Position numbers and translations under genes: made by a program. Shown here piece after piece: positions 19,978 through 29,436 of a DNA stretch of 64,000 nt; the stretch's first letter is position 1, and each line of letters begins with the position of its first letter. The stretch comes from an uncultured Candidatus Bathyarchaeia archaeon (GTDB lineage: Archaea; Thermoproteota; Bathyarchaeia; 40CM-2-53-6; RBG-13-38-9), in assembly GCA_964480955.1 (NCBI GenBank), contig CAYZRW010000007.1, forward strand, positions 827 to 64,826, read 5' to 3'. Below the pieces are notes generated by a model, which saw only the letters and a list, made by a program, of their open reading frames with translations, did not search any database and was not told the DNA's origin.

Positions 19978-19995
19978 TTCCAGAGGATATAAAGG
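19978..19995 (+). promoter_or_regulatory. Candidate ORB-like Cdc6-binding site overlapping a putative cdc6 TATA box
   Basis: TTCCAGAGGATATAAAGG resembles the archaeal ORB core TTCCAGxGGAAA...AAGG; the minus strand reads TTTATAT at 19993-19987. Confidence 0.4.
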
Positions 19996-20095
19996 ATAGA
20001 GAATAACGAAACTGACCCTCCGTCCATTCTAGAGACTCTGGGTGCACCGTCACCCCAACAGTCACTCCTTCCGGCCCTGAGCCTTAGATGAGAAG

Positions 20096-20620
20096 TCATC
20101 TAGCAGGGGCTCTGTCAAGTCTATGTAGAAAGTACATTGAGTATGCCGATACCGCGAAGATGAGGGCGACGAGTTTACTGGCATAGACTATTGAGACGGC
20201 GGTTCTGGGGTTTGGGAATCTATTGACCAGAATGTCTGGGTTCACAGCTCCTGTTGTGGACATCAAGGCACCCCAAAGTGTGAAATTGAAGAATAATTCG
20301 TAGAGGGAGCCGGCTACTACTAGGAAAGAAACCGCGAAGAGGAAGACTCGAATATCGCGGCTCAAAGAAGCTATTCTCACCTCAAGATGCTGGATCAGGA
20401 ATGCGTAGAATAGGAAGCCGAAGATGAAGATCAAAGTCATCGGCTTGAACTGAATGAATAGTATAGGCGAATACTCATCCAGAATGAACTGTTCTCCATA
20501 CACCGAGGGGGAAGGGTACTTCCAGATACAGTAGAGGATCAATGCCACAGTAAATATTCCTGATGCAGACGATAGTATCAGCCACTTATTTCGAGGAAGA
20601 TCCAAACCTGTCAGACCCAC
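20096..20620 (-). CDS. Hypothetical membrane protein (about 4 TM)
   Basis: Four hydrophobic segments; no family recognised. Confidence 0.65.
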   Translation of the reverse strand: MGLTGLDLPRNKWLILSSASGIFTVALILYCIWKYPSPSVYGEQFILDEYSPILFIQFKPMTLIFIFGFLFYAFLIQHLEVRIASLSRDIRVFLFAVSFLVVAGSLYELFFNFTLWGALMSTTGAVNPDILVNRFPNPRTAVSIVYASKLVALIFAVSAYSMYFLHRLDRAPAR

Positions 20621-20632
20621 CTTTGTTGATTT

Positions 20633-21649
20633 CTATCTCAGTCTCTTAAGCACTTCATAAACCTCGTCTGGGAATGGAGGCTTCAATTCTGTCGTGCTTC
20701 CGTCTGGCGCAACCAGTATCCTACCATGTTTGTACGCAGTGAATTCGCCTATCTCGGTCGCAGGGATACCTCTCCTCGAGAGCCTCGATATGATCCTGGT
20801 TGAAGAAGATGGTTTTGCGGCTACAAGAAGTGATCCGGAACTCATCAGTCGGAGGGGGTTTATTCGTAGGCTTCGGCAGATGGTTTTGGTCTCAGCTGAG
20901 ATTGGGACACGTTCAGCGTAGATCCTGACCCCTAGAAGTGACGCCTCTGCGAGTTCCCAGACTCCGCATAGAAGGCCGCCCTCAGTTGGGTCATGCATCG
21001 CCTCGACTCCTCCCGCGTCCATCGCCACCATCGCGTCCTCAACCACGCTGATCCTCCTGTAGAGATGCTGAGCACTCTTCACAGTCTCTATGTCTAGGTA
21101 CTTCTCCAGCAACTCTGCTCCATCCGTGGCTATGATGGCGGTTCCCTCTATCCCGGCACTCTTTGTAAGTATCAGTACGTCGCCGGCTTCTGCTCCTCCT
21201 GAGTTCACATACCGGTCTGACTTGGCTTCTCCCACCATGAACCCAACGACTATGGGCCTCTTCAGAATCGGGGTGACCTCTGAATGCCCCCCAGCAACCG
21301 TCACATTCAACTCAAGACATGCCCGGTCAATCTGCCTCATGATCCTGCGCAGCACAGCCTCTCCCGAGCCCTCAGGCAACATTATTGAGCAAAGATACCA
21401 TCTCGGCCTCGCTCCGCGGGTGGCAACGTCGTTTGCGTTTATGTGGACTGAGAGCCAGCCTATGTTGGCCAAGGCGCCGGTGATAGGGTCTGTGGAAAGC
21501 GCTATCACCAGTCTGTCCATCTTGACTATGGCTGCGTCCTCCCCGATGTCAGGCCCGACCAGAAGCCTTTTGTTCTGAACACCCAGGTTCTTGAAGACTA
21601 TTCTCCGGAGACTATGTGAAGGAATCTTGCCTGTTGGGAATCTTTCCAT
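20633..21649 (-). CDS. AIR synthase/HypE-related protein
   Basis: GEDAA, STDPITGA, NANDVAT.GA, GGHSEVT, MHDPTEGG. Confidence 0.85.
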   Translation of the reverse strand: MERFPTGKIPSHSLRRIVFKNLGVQNKRLLVGPDIGEDAAIVKMDRLVIALSTDPITGALANIGWLSVHINANDVATRGARPRWYLCSIMLPEGSGEAVLRRIMRQIDRACLELNVTVAGGHSEVTPILKRPIVVGFMVGEAKSDRYVNSGGAEAGDVLILTKSAGIEGTAIIATDGAELLEKYLDIETVKSAQHLYRRISVVEDAMVAMDAGGVEAMHDPTEGGLLCGVWELAEASLLGVRIYAERVPISAETKTICRSLRINPLRLMSSGSLLVAAKPSSSTRIISRLSRRGIPATEIGEFTAYKHGRILVAPDGSTTELKPPFPDEVYEVLKRLR

Positions 21650-21913
21650 ATCGAGACCTAGGAGGGAGTCTGAATGGACTCCATATATAGATTTGTAAGA
21701 ACGGAGGTGGTAGGCTCACGCACTCAAGATCTAGATCACAGGTTCAGTTGGGCCAGACTCGTCATTGCCTACCGAAAACAGTTAGAACAAACAAGTTCTT
21801 AGGCATTTCCTTTGGAGACTCAACCTATGATCCTGCATCAAGGCTTTTCATGTCAACGCGGGTTTCTTAGATGTCCAAAAGAGACTGGTATGTGATTGAA
21901 CGGCGACGCCTGA

Positions 21914-22216
21914 ACGAATAGTAGATTCCGCCAGATCCTAGGTGACAGCAGAATAGCTCCAAGAGAGACAAGGACTGAAGGACTTAAGTTTAATATTCCA
22001 ACCGACGCATCCCTTCCGGTCACCGTGAACGCGAAACTTTTGAACAGGCTCACCTCTAGGAGATGGCTGACGGGTCTCGGCGTACTCCGGATCACCACAC
22101 TGGCCTAGGCTGAAGTGCCATTCGGCAGTCTCGACTCGAGCGTATATGGTTTGCCGATAGGAATAGCCACCGCGTTGGCCGCTGCAATAATAGTTCTAGT
22201 CACGCTCCGAAGATAA
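21914..22216 (+). pseudogene. Decayed 3' fragment of a membrane-anchored extracytoplasmic protein
   Basis: Frame reads ...DSRIAPRETRTEGLKFNIPTDASLPVTVNAKLLNR...*...VYGLPIGIATALAAAIIVLVTLRR*. Internal TAG at 22106, upstream stop, no intact 5' part. Confidence 0.4.
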
Positions 22217-22320
22217 CGTCAGTAGCACACGAGCATTATTAGGCTCTATCCTCCAATAAGATCCTAACGTTTCATAGCGGGTCCGGTCCACAGTCATCTC
22301 TCGGTTCTGGAAGATGCCCC

Positions 22321-23295
22321 ATGGGAAACATATCACTCAAACCATTGGCTTTCGAGAGTCTTGGGGCCAGGTCAATGTCGTCTTTGATAGAGACCCCTGA
22401 TGCCCAGATTCTAGTCGATCCAGGCGTCTCTCTCGGGATGAGATTCGGGTTACTCCCGCATCCTGAAGAGTATCGAGTTCGAACTGAACTCCGCAACCTC
22501 CTCAGGGAAGCATCCATGAAGGCTGACGTGGTCACGATCTCACATTACCACCATGACCACTACACACCCAACTACACCGAAAATGTCTTCATAGGATCCA
22601 GCCCTGAAGAGGCGGAGACACTCATTCGAGACAAGACTCTGCTAGTCAAAGATTACAGAACAGACGTCAACCCCAGCCAAAGACGAAGGGGATGGCTCTT
22701 CCATAGGTTTGCTGAGAAACATGCGAAAAATATTCTTGTAGCCGACCGGGGAGAGTTCCACTTCGGCGCGACGAGGCTCAAGTTCTCTCAACCAGTCTTC
22801 CATGGGGAGAGGGGCTCAAGCCTGGGCTGGGTCATAATGCTCACGGTGACTCACGGAGACGAAAGGGTCACCCACGCCTCCGACATTCAAGGTCCAATGG
22901 ACGAGGCCACACTGGACGCTATACTTCAGGAGAAACCCGACCTTCTCTTGGTCGCTGGGCCACCACTATACCTGTCTGACAGCATGGTCAAAATAGAACT
23001 GATCAATCGTGGGAGAGAGAACCTCATGAAACTCTCCGAGAAGGTGCCGACCTCGATTCTAGACCATCACCTGCTGAGAAGCCCTGACTGGAAAACATTC
23101 GTCGACCCAGTCCTCAGACGTGCAAGGTCCAGAGGGAACATCGTCCAGTCAGCAGCCAACTACAATGGGCTGCCCGAGAGACTTCTCGAATGCAGAAGAA
23201 GAGACCTATACAGGGAGGAACCCCCAAGCTCAGAGTTCATGGCCTGGACAAGACTACCAGATGATAGGCGGAGGCTTGAACCCCCACCCGTCTAG
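22321..23295 (+). CDS. MBL-fold hydrolase, UPF0282-like
   Basis: AFESLGARSM, DPGVSLG, ISHYHHDH, HASDIQGP, ILDHHLLR. Confidence 0.85.
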   Translation: MGNISLKPLAFESLGARSMSSLIETPDAQILVDPGVSLGMRFGLLPHPEEYRVRTELRNLLREASMKADVVTISHYHHDHYTPNYTENVFIGSSPEEAETLIRDKTLLVKDYRTDVNPSQRRRGWLFHRFAEKHAKNILVADRGEFHFGATRLKFSQPVFHGERGSSLGWVIMLTVTHGDERVTHASDIQGPMDEATLDAILQEKPDLLLVAGPPLYLSDSMVKIELINRGRENLMKLSEKVPTSILDHHLLRSPDWKTFVDPVLRRARSRGNIVQSAANYNGLPERLLECRRRDLYREEPPSSEFMAWTRLPDDRRRLEPPPV

Positions 23296-23573
23296 AACCT
23301 CAGCCCAGCCACATATGCAACCCCTCACTCAACATCTTGAGTCCCGGGTAATGAGTCCCACAGACCCCAAGCCCCCCAACCTACAAGAGCCCCAAGACTA
23401 CCAATAACTCGTCCTCTAGAATCACCAGCCAGATCCCTCGAAGGGGGTGGGGGGTGGGTCCCCTCTCAAGACAGAAAAAGGAAAAGACCGGAGAGGAAAG
23501 TGTATCTACTCACAGACTGGCGCACACTATCCAGACTCACTGTCTTGCCCCACAACGTTCACAGTACTCGCTC

Positions 23574-24530
23574 TCAACAGCTATCTCCGCGCCGCAGTTC
23601 AGACAGTACTTCCTGGACCTCAGCCTCCAAACCTTTACGAGATCTAACCCTCAAAGCGACAAGAATAGAGACGAGGACCACCACCGCCAACAATGCCAAG
23701 GGTACACCGTAACCCTGAGTCAGGAGACCCGGCCCAGCCTCCTCCTGTCCAGGAGACGTTGCCGGCGGAGAGACTGCAGGAGCGGTCTGAGTCGGCGAAG
23801 GCGATGGTGTCGGCCGGGGCGTCGGGGTAACGGTCTCTGTAGGACTCGGGGTCAAAGGCCGAGACTCCGCAGTCACGCTAATATCGTCCCAGAACGCGTC
23901 CGGAGTCGTCAGGTGGGAGACCGTAGTCATCTCGAATGCCACCCAGAGCTTCATCAGAACCACGCCACTTGATGTCCCAAACCCCGACTCAAAATCACCC
24001 TTGACCCCACGTTCGACAAGGGACCATTGGTGGAGTAGAGCCGGCAAGAAGAAGATCGTACTGTCCGAAGTATTGTAGAGATACTCACCCAAAGCCGATG
24101 GAGCCCAAGCGACATAGTAGGAGAGGTTGAGTGAACGGCCATCCCCAAGCTCCATATGAACCAAAGAACGAATGTTCGTGTAGCTGTTCTGACCTATGAC
24201 CGCGGGCATTACCCAGAAGCTGAGCACCATATCCAGACCCTCAATATCTGTTGAGAGCGTCTGCGTAACCCCGCCACCCCGCTTCTGAGTGTAAGGGATC
24301 CCTCTTGCCGGATTGATGTAAGTCCTGAAGCTCCAGGTACCCGAGTGGCTAGTTCCAGAGGTCATGTTGACCCGGCCGTATATTTGGTCGTAGACGATGG
24401 TCTGCCACCCGTCGAGACCAGACTCGAACCCCCCATTCGTCACCAACTCCCTTCTTGAGGATGCAAAACCGAACGACGCTCCAAGGATCGTGATAAGCAG
24501 GAACAGACACATCACGTGATTTCGCGACAT
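23574..24530 (-). CDS. Secreted/surface protein: signal peptide, CBM-like domain, Pro/Thr linker, C-terminal TM anchor
   Basis: N-terminal hydrophobic signal, LVTNGGFESGLDGW, TPSPTETVTPTP linker, TM followed by basic tail. Confidence 0.75.
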   Translation of the reverse strand: MSRNHVMCLFLLITILGASFGFASSRRELVTNGGFESGLDGWQTIVYDQIYGRVNMTSGTSHSGTWSFRTYINPARGIPYTQKRGGGVTQTLSTDIEGLDMVLSFWVMPAVIGQNSYTNIRSLVHMELGDGRSLNLSYYVAWAPSALGEYLYNTSDSTIFFLPALLHQWSLVERGVKGDFESGFGTSSGVVLMKLWVAFEMTTVSHLTTPDAFWDDISVTAESRPLTPSPTETVTPTPRPTPSPSPTQTAPAVSPPATSPGQEEAGPGLLTQGYGVPLALLAVVVLVSILVALRVRSRKGLEAEVQEVLSELRRGDSC

Positions 24531-24804
24531 TACTCTACATCCTTTGTTAGACTCGTTACCAGACCTTTTGAACCTTTGCCAACCCGCGCCAGTAACCGCT
24601 AGCGTCAGGCTCCAAGATGGATCTGGAGCATCCCATGACTCAGGCAGCAGGAATCGTGCCTGGAGGGTCCAGTCTGAGTCTTCCCAGGAGCAACCGTGCA
24701 GCCGAGTTTACTACCATAAATAAACGACTCGATTTCTGTAATTCCGAAAGTTTCTTATCTTGAGATCCCGAACTAGAGGGTACCATGTTGAGGTGACCTC
24801 AACC

Positions 24805-25170
24805 GTGTCATATTACCTCGTGCCCAAACCAGCAGATAGGTACACATACAATCCACCAGCGCAGCAGTATGTCGTCCAACCTCCCCCAACCTACGTGATG
24901 GTCCAGCAACCACCCCAAATGTACGCCTATCAACCACCACCCCAGGACATCCTGATGGTCCAGCCCCCCGACGTCTACTTCCAACCCCCACCACAGGAGT
25001 ACCTCGTGCCGCAAACTCCTCAGAGAGTGGTCTACCAACCACCGCCCATCGGATACCTCTACCAGCCACCTCCACAATCCATGGTCGTCGTTCCACCTGC
25101 GCAAGAGTATCTCTATCAGCCACCACCAACAAGATACCTCGTCCAACCCCAACCCTACAGGGTCTACTAA
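24805..25170 (+). CDS. Tyr/Gln/Pro periodic repeat protein (about 121 aa)
   Basis: GAGGTGA SD at 24790-24796 then GTG 24805; about 11 imperfect 8-9-residue units of type Y-h-h-Q-P-P-P-x. Confidence 0.65.
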   Translation: MSYYLVPKPADRYTYNPPAQQYVVQPPPTYVMVQQPPQMYAYQPPPQDILMVQPPDVYFQPPPQEYLVPQTPQRVVYQPPPIGYLYQPPPQSMVVVPPAQEYLYQPPPTRYLVQPQPYRVY

Positions 25171-25306
25171 CCCACCAGCCACACGTGACAACGCGTAAAC
25201 GGTCAAGCCCTAACTAGACACCCACCAATCTTTTACAGACCCACCTATACATATAACCCAGCGAGAACGCTCCACGACTCCCATCACAGCAAAGGAGACA
25301 AAGAGT

Positions 25307-25891
25307 CTGAGCCTCATCGAAGACCTTCTATCATGGGCTCTAAGCCTAACCGCTAGGTGGGGTGCATATGGAATCTTCATCGGCATGGCCTTGGAGTCGA
25401 GCATACTCCCAATCCCCTCGGAAGCCGTGCTGGTCACGGCTGGACTCGCCGGAATAGACCCCGTAACAGTCGGCATCTCCGGAGGCGCAGGCTCCACCGT
25501 CGGGGCGAGCCTGGGCTACCTCATAGGGAGGGAGGGTAGGAGCGTAGTCGACAGATACGGCAAGTATACTCTCGTAACAGAGAGCAGCATCGTTAGGGGC
25601 GAGAACTGGTTCAAGAGATGGGGCAACTGGACAATTCTGTTGAGCCGACTCATACCCTTTGTTCCATACAAGGTCTTCTCGATCGTCGCAGGCCTGTTGA
25701 GAATGGATTACAGACCTTTCCTTCTCCTCACACTGGCAGGCTCAGTTCCACGGTGTTTCCTTTTGGCGTGGCTGGGAAACATGATCATTCAGGCTGAATA
25801 TCAGATACTGGCTGCTCTCGCCGCGGCAGTTCTGGCAGCTACTCTTGGATACTGCCTTCTAAAGAGACGCCGAAAGCAGTCCCGAGCATAG
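25307..25891 (+). CDS. DedA family membrane protein (probable CTG start)
   Basis: WGAYGIFIGMALESSILPIPSE, GSTVGASLGYLIG, ILLSRLIPFV; conserved N-terminus extends 26 codons upstream of ATG 25385 to CTG 25307. Confidence 0.85.
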   Translation: MSLIEDLLSWALSLTARWGAYGIFIGMALESSILPIPSEAVLVTAGLAGIDPVTVGISGGAGSTVGASLGYLIGREGRSVVDRYGKYTLVTESSIVRGENWFKRWGNWTILLSRLIPFVPYKVFSIVAGLLRMDYRPFLLLTLAGSVPRCFLLAWLGNMIIQAEYQILAALAAAVLAATLGYCLLKRRRKQSRA

Positions 25892-26023
25892 ATAACGTCC
25901 GAGTCCTCTGGCTTCGTAAGATGTGCTGACCAAAGGTAATCTGATGATCCTCACAGGAACATGGTTTAGAGCTGGGGTTGCTCAGACCGGTCGGCAGACT
26001 TCAGGACTGCGCCCCAATCCTCG

Positions 26024-28326
26024 TCACCCTTGATTAAAATAATCTATTGAGGCTTGGTCCTGAGGCTCCAACATTCTCTTTATGCGGTGAATATCGTAGC
26101 CCAGTGGCGAGAGTATGTTGGCCGCGGCGTTCAGAAGCATCGCCTCATACTTTGCAAGATCGTATCTCAAGTCATTATTCACAAGCTCTCTTGCAAGAAC
26201 CCGCCTCTCAGGGATAGGGTTGTCTCCATCAACAATCAAGAAGGCCACGGACTCCCCAGAATTTATTTCCAGGCCCTCGTCGGTAAGCTGTTTTGCAGCT
26301 ATGGATTGAAGGCTATTCTGCACATACTCTGACGGGTCTCTAGACAGACGTTTCTGAACGAGCAGATCAGAAAAATCTACCCTGCGGCCCCTCAATACCT
26401 CAAGATAATCTCCAAGTATCTGGATTGCCCCTGGAATCAGCCTGAGAAGTTCCTGCGAATTCTTGGCCTCTGCAAGATGGGATATGATGCTGGACTGACA
26501 TCTCCTTATGAAGGCGGGCACGTCACCTCTTCGAACCTCGATCCCCCTACACTTGACCCTTCCATCAGCGAAGGCACCGTAATACTTGTTGAGGGCGGGA
26601 AGCCCAGGCCTAACCTTCGACGGTAAGAAAACGACCCATCTATATCTTCCTTCGAACGACACAGGTAAGCCTAGCTCAGACTGAATCCTATCCGCCAGCC
26701 CTAGATAGTCAGCCTCCTCAGCACCTCTCTTCCCAACCCATACAGAGTCGACAATTGCGTGAACCAGACTGAAGCCTTCAGACTCAACAATCTGAACCGT
26801 CTTCTGGAGCACTTCCCTCGCAAACGCGCATGTGGCGATGTGAGCGTCAATCTTTCCGTATCTAGCGTTCTTGAAGCCGAGGTACCCGACTGCGCATGCC
26901 CAAGCCTCTGCTTAGGGCATTATGCGCACACAAGTATCCATTTGAGCGCCGCCTGCCTCTTACGGTAGGTCTCCCTCAACGGTGGGTCGCTGGCTTCCTT
27001 CATCATCTGTTTATACCTTAACCTCTTCTCAAGAAGCTCCTCAAGCGATATCGGGACTATACCTCTCCTCTTCTCACAGATTTGATACCCTAACTCTGGA
27101 ACCCTATTTTGCGATTCTGGACAACATCTGCACCTGACAGTCTCACCGCTCAGATTAAACTTACACATCAAGGTTGGGTAGAGTGAGGAGAAGTCCAGCT
27201 CCCCAACATCATCATAGACACCTGCGACCGGCGTATAGTATAACCCACCCCTATCAGCGATAATGAGTTCCTCAGCGGTCTTCAACTCTTCTGGAAGGGC
27301 CTTAAACCATGGGGCCAGAATATCCCTCCTGAAGGCATGGTAGAGTTGGATGGAGGTCATGCTCGTTCCTATCGTTGAGTCGACACACCTCTGGATAGGA
27401 ATACGGCAAGTCCTAGAGACCTCTATGATGCCTTCGAGTCCACAATCGTCATAGAGGAAGGCGTGCTCTCGGTCTACATGTATTCTCCCATAAAGGCGAA
27501 CTGGGGCAGGGCGGTATTGAACCCTGCCATAACTGAAGTACACCCTTCCCCGCTGGCTAAAAATTCTAAGGGGAGACCTCTCACGTCCCAGAACCATCTG
27601 GCTGGAGACCCCCAGTCTCTGGGCGCGCTTCGCCAAGTACGGGAATAAGAAGGAGTTTCCATTGTGGGTGTAAACCACATCCGGATCAATCTCGCGGAAG
27701 AGCCTCACAAGTCCCAGAAGATTCTCCTCCTCATAAGAAGAGTCTAGCACAAGAACTTCTTCCTGATTTCCAACTGTGATCTCCTTCAACGGGTCTTCGA
27801 GGCTTGGAATAGAGCATCCAGAACCTATTGAGAGATCTAGATAGACACAGGTCAGCTCTGGAACCCCATAATCTATGCTGTCGCTACTGTCAAGAACCTG
27901 CCACTCGACCAAACCATAATTCAGGTTGGCCTCAACTTGAGCTAGAGGAAATATATCTCTCTCATAGAGGTAGATTTGTTCTGCAGGAATATCCACATTA
28001 AAGAGACGAAACTTTCTTGACGACAGAGCTATTCGCTTTGCAAGTTTAACTGCTTTCCCGGTCGTGGATACTGGAATCTTGAGAACCTGCGACTTCTCAT
28101 AGTCCTCTATATTCAGATACTTCTCTTCAAAAGATAAGTCCTCGATGTTGAGTTTCTTTGCAAGCTCAACTAAGTCTGAATTTTCTCCCGAAGCATAGAA
28201 GGACGGTCTCCAATCGTCCACCAGTCTCTGGGCTTCTCCGCTTCTCAATTTTACCCAGACAACCATTCCTCCATCTTTTTGGTAGAGGTCAAGGATCCAG
28301 CCTTGAATTCTTGAGTTGCTCAACAA
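26024..28326 (-). CDS. polB2: Family B DNA polymerase, PolB2 group, one gene with a 32-nt intron (exons 28326-26922 and 26889-26024; 756 aa)
   Basis: ELDFSSLYP (motif A), spliced [19 protein letters not shown] (motif B), HAIVDS (PolB2-type motif C), degenerate exonuclease domain, C-terminal PIP-like QASIDYF. Confidence 0.88.
26890..26921 (-). other. Putative BHB-type (EndA-spliced) mRNA intron in polB2, 32 nt
   Basis: mRNA GCGC-AT^A-ATGCCCTAAGC-AGAG-GCTTGGGCAT-GCGC-AG^T: 4-bp central helix, two 3-nt bulges, 10-bp inner stem; removal gives TGC GCA TTC GGG TAC (CAFGY). Confidence 0.85.
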
Positions 28327-28582
28327 TATTCTGAATCCCCTCCATAGTGCTCCTTAGCTCCTTCAACTCCTTTGTGTGAGCAAAGAGGGCTGAGAGGAAC
28401 ATGCCTTCAACCACTGAAGGAAAGGCTGCTGCGCCAGCTTCGGAGGCGTAGCTTCTGACCGTGTTTACAAGGTCTTCAAAGAATGACTTCTCTTCTCTCC
28501 TTAACATTCTGGCGAATTTCTTCCAGGTATGCGAGATCTCCTGCTCGATCGCCGCCCTATAGGAGGGTATTGTTCTTCCCAT
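28289..28582 (-). CDS. Small PolB2-associated helical protein (arCOG07300-like)
   Basis: MGRTIPSYR...WKKFARMLR.E.K..FEDL; located between the radA-like gene and polB2. Confidence 0.8.
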   Translation of the reverse strand: MGRTIPSYRAAIEQEISHTWKKFARMLRREEKSFFEDLVNTVRSYASEAGAAAFPSVVEGMFLSALFAHTKELKELRSTMEGIQNIVEQLKNSRLDP

Positions 28583-28583
28583 G

Positions 28584-29363
28584 CTAAGCAGCTTCTAAGA
28601 AACTCTCAAGCCCCATGTTTACAGCCACTGGAATGTTCACTTGGAGGGTGGGGGTTGATGGGTGTCTTTCAAGAATTATCTTTTCAGCTGAACCTTGTGT
28701 CACAATATTTGCTGTTATGCTGCATCTTCTTTTTAGAAGAGCCTCAAGCTTCTTCATTCTCTGCGTAGCTTTTCCAGAGCGGGTAATCAGAGCTATAGCA
28801 TCCTTCGACTTGATAATCGTTGTTAAACCTATCAGGGCCCTGCAGAACTGTTCCCTACCAATATCCTCTTCCAAGTCTTGGTCGCAATATAGTGAAGGGA
28901 AATCTGAGATTACAACGAGTTTGCTACCTGTATCCTCAAGTACTTCCTTCAGTTTACATTCTATGAAGTTTGTCATCTGGAAGCATGTGAAGGCTCTAGA
29001 GAGTAATATATTTCGTAAAATTAAAGCTCTGTCCAATTTATTTCTTCGAGAAAAATTTGTAATGATTGATGGATCGAAACCGCATCCACCGTCAAGAAAG
29101 ATCACCTTTGAGTTCATTCCACCCCCGCTGATTGGGAGTTGCGCCCTCACGCAGAGCATTTCAGCAAGGTTCAAACACCTCTCAGAACCGTAGAGATAAA
29201 TAATCTGCCTAGGTTTGAATCCTTGAAATAATCTGTCGAGGGCTCCGTCTCCAAAATAAAGTCTTGAGGAAAAACTATTCAAAGCAACGCGTGTGAAACC
29301 GGAAGGTAGACTACTTTCGTGCGGACTCCCACCCATTTCTGATTCCTCTTTAACCGTAATCAT
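28584..29363 (-). CDS. Inactivated RadA/RecA-like protein of the PolB2 cassette
   Basis: LDRLFQG, CVRAQLP..GGG...VIFLDGG..FDP, LSRAFTCFQ; Walker A GxGKT absent; start may be ATG 29336. Confidence 0.8.
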   Translation of the reverse strand: MITVKEESEMGGSPHESSLPSGFTRVALNSFSSRLYFGDGALDRLFQGFKPRQIIYLYGSERCLNLAEMLCVRAQLPISGGGMNSKVIFLDGGCGFDPSIITNFSRRNKLDRALILRNILLSRAFTCFQMTNFIECKLKEVLEDTGSKLVVISDFPSLYCDQDLEEDIGREQFCRALIGLTTIIKSKDAIALITRSGKATQRMKKLEALLKRRCSITANIVTQGSAEKIILERHPSTPTLQVNIPVAVNMGLESFLEAA

Positions 29364-29436
29364 AACAGCATACCTACTGTTCTTGTGATATCGATCAGCT
29401 GGGCAGGCTCGATATCACCTGTAAGAATTCTACCGA

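Noticed and set aside
24580-24710. Possible SRP RNA (GGAGCAACC-like string)
   Set aside because: The helix 8 GNRA-loop context and the expected length of about 300 nt are not evident.
24773-25206. CRISPR array or minus-strand genes over the QPPP repeats
   Set aside because: No identical repeats with unique spacers; the minus-strand ORFs are shadows of the plus-strand repeat gene.
26024-28326. polB2 as a frameshifted pseudogene, a naturally split gene or an assembly error
   Set aside because: The break is a discrete 32-nt hairpin whose removal at BHB-predicted sites restores the motif exactly. A simple indel would not add a structured insert, and about 25 conserved codons lie outside both ORFs.
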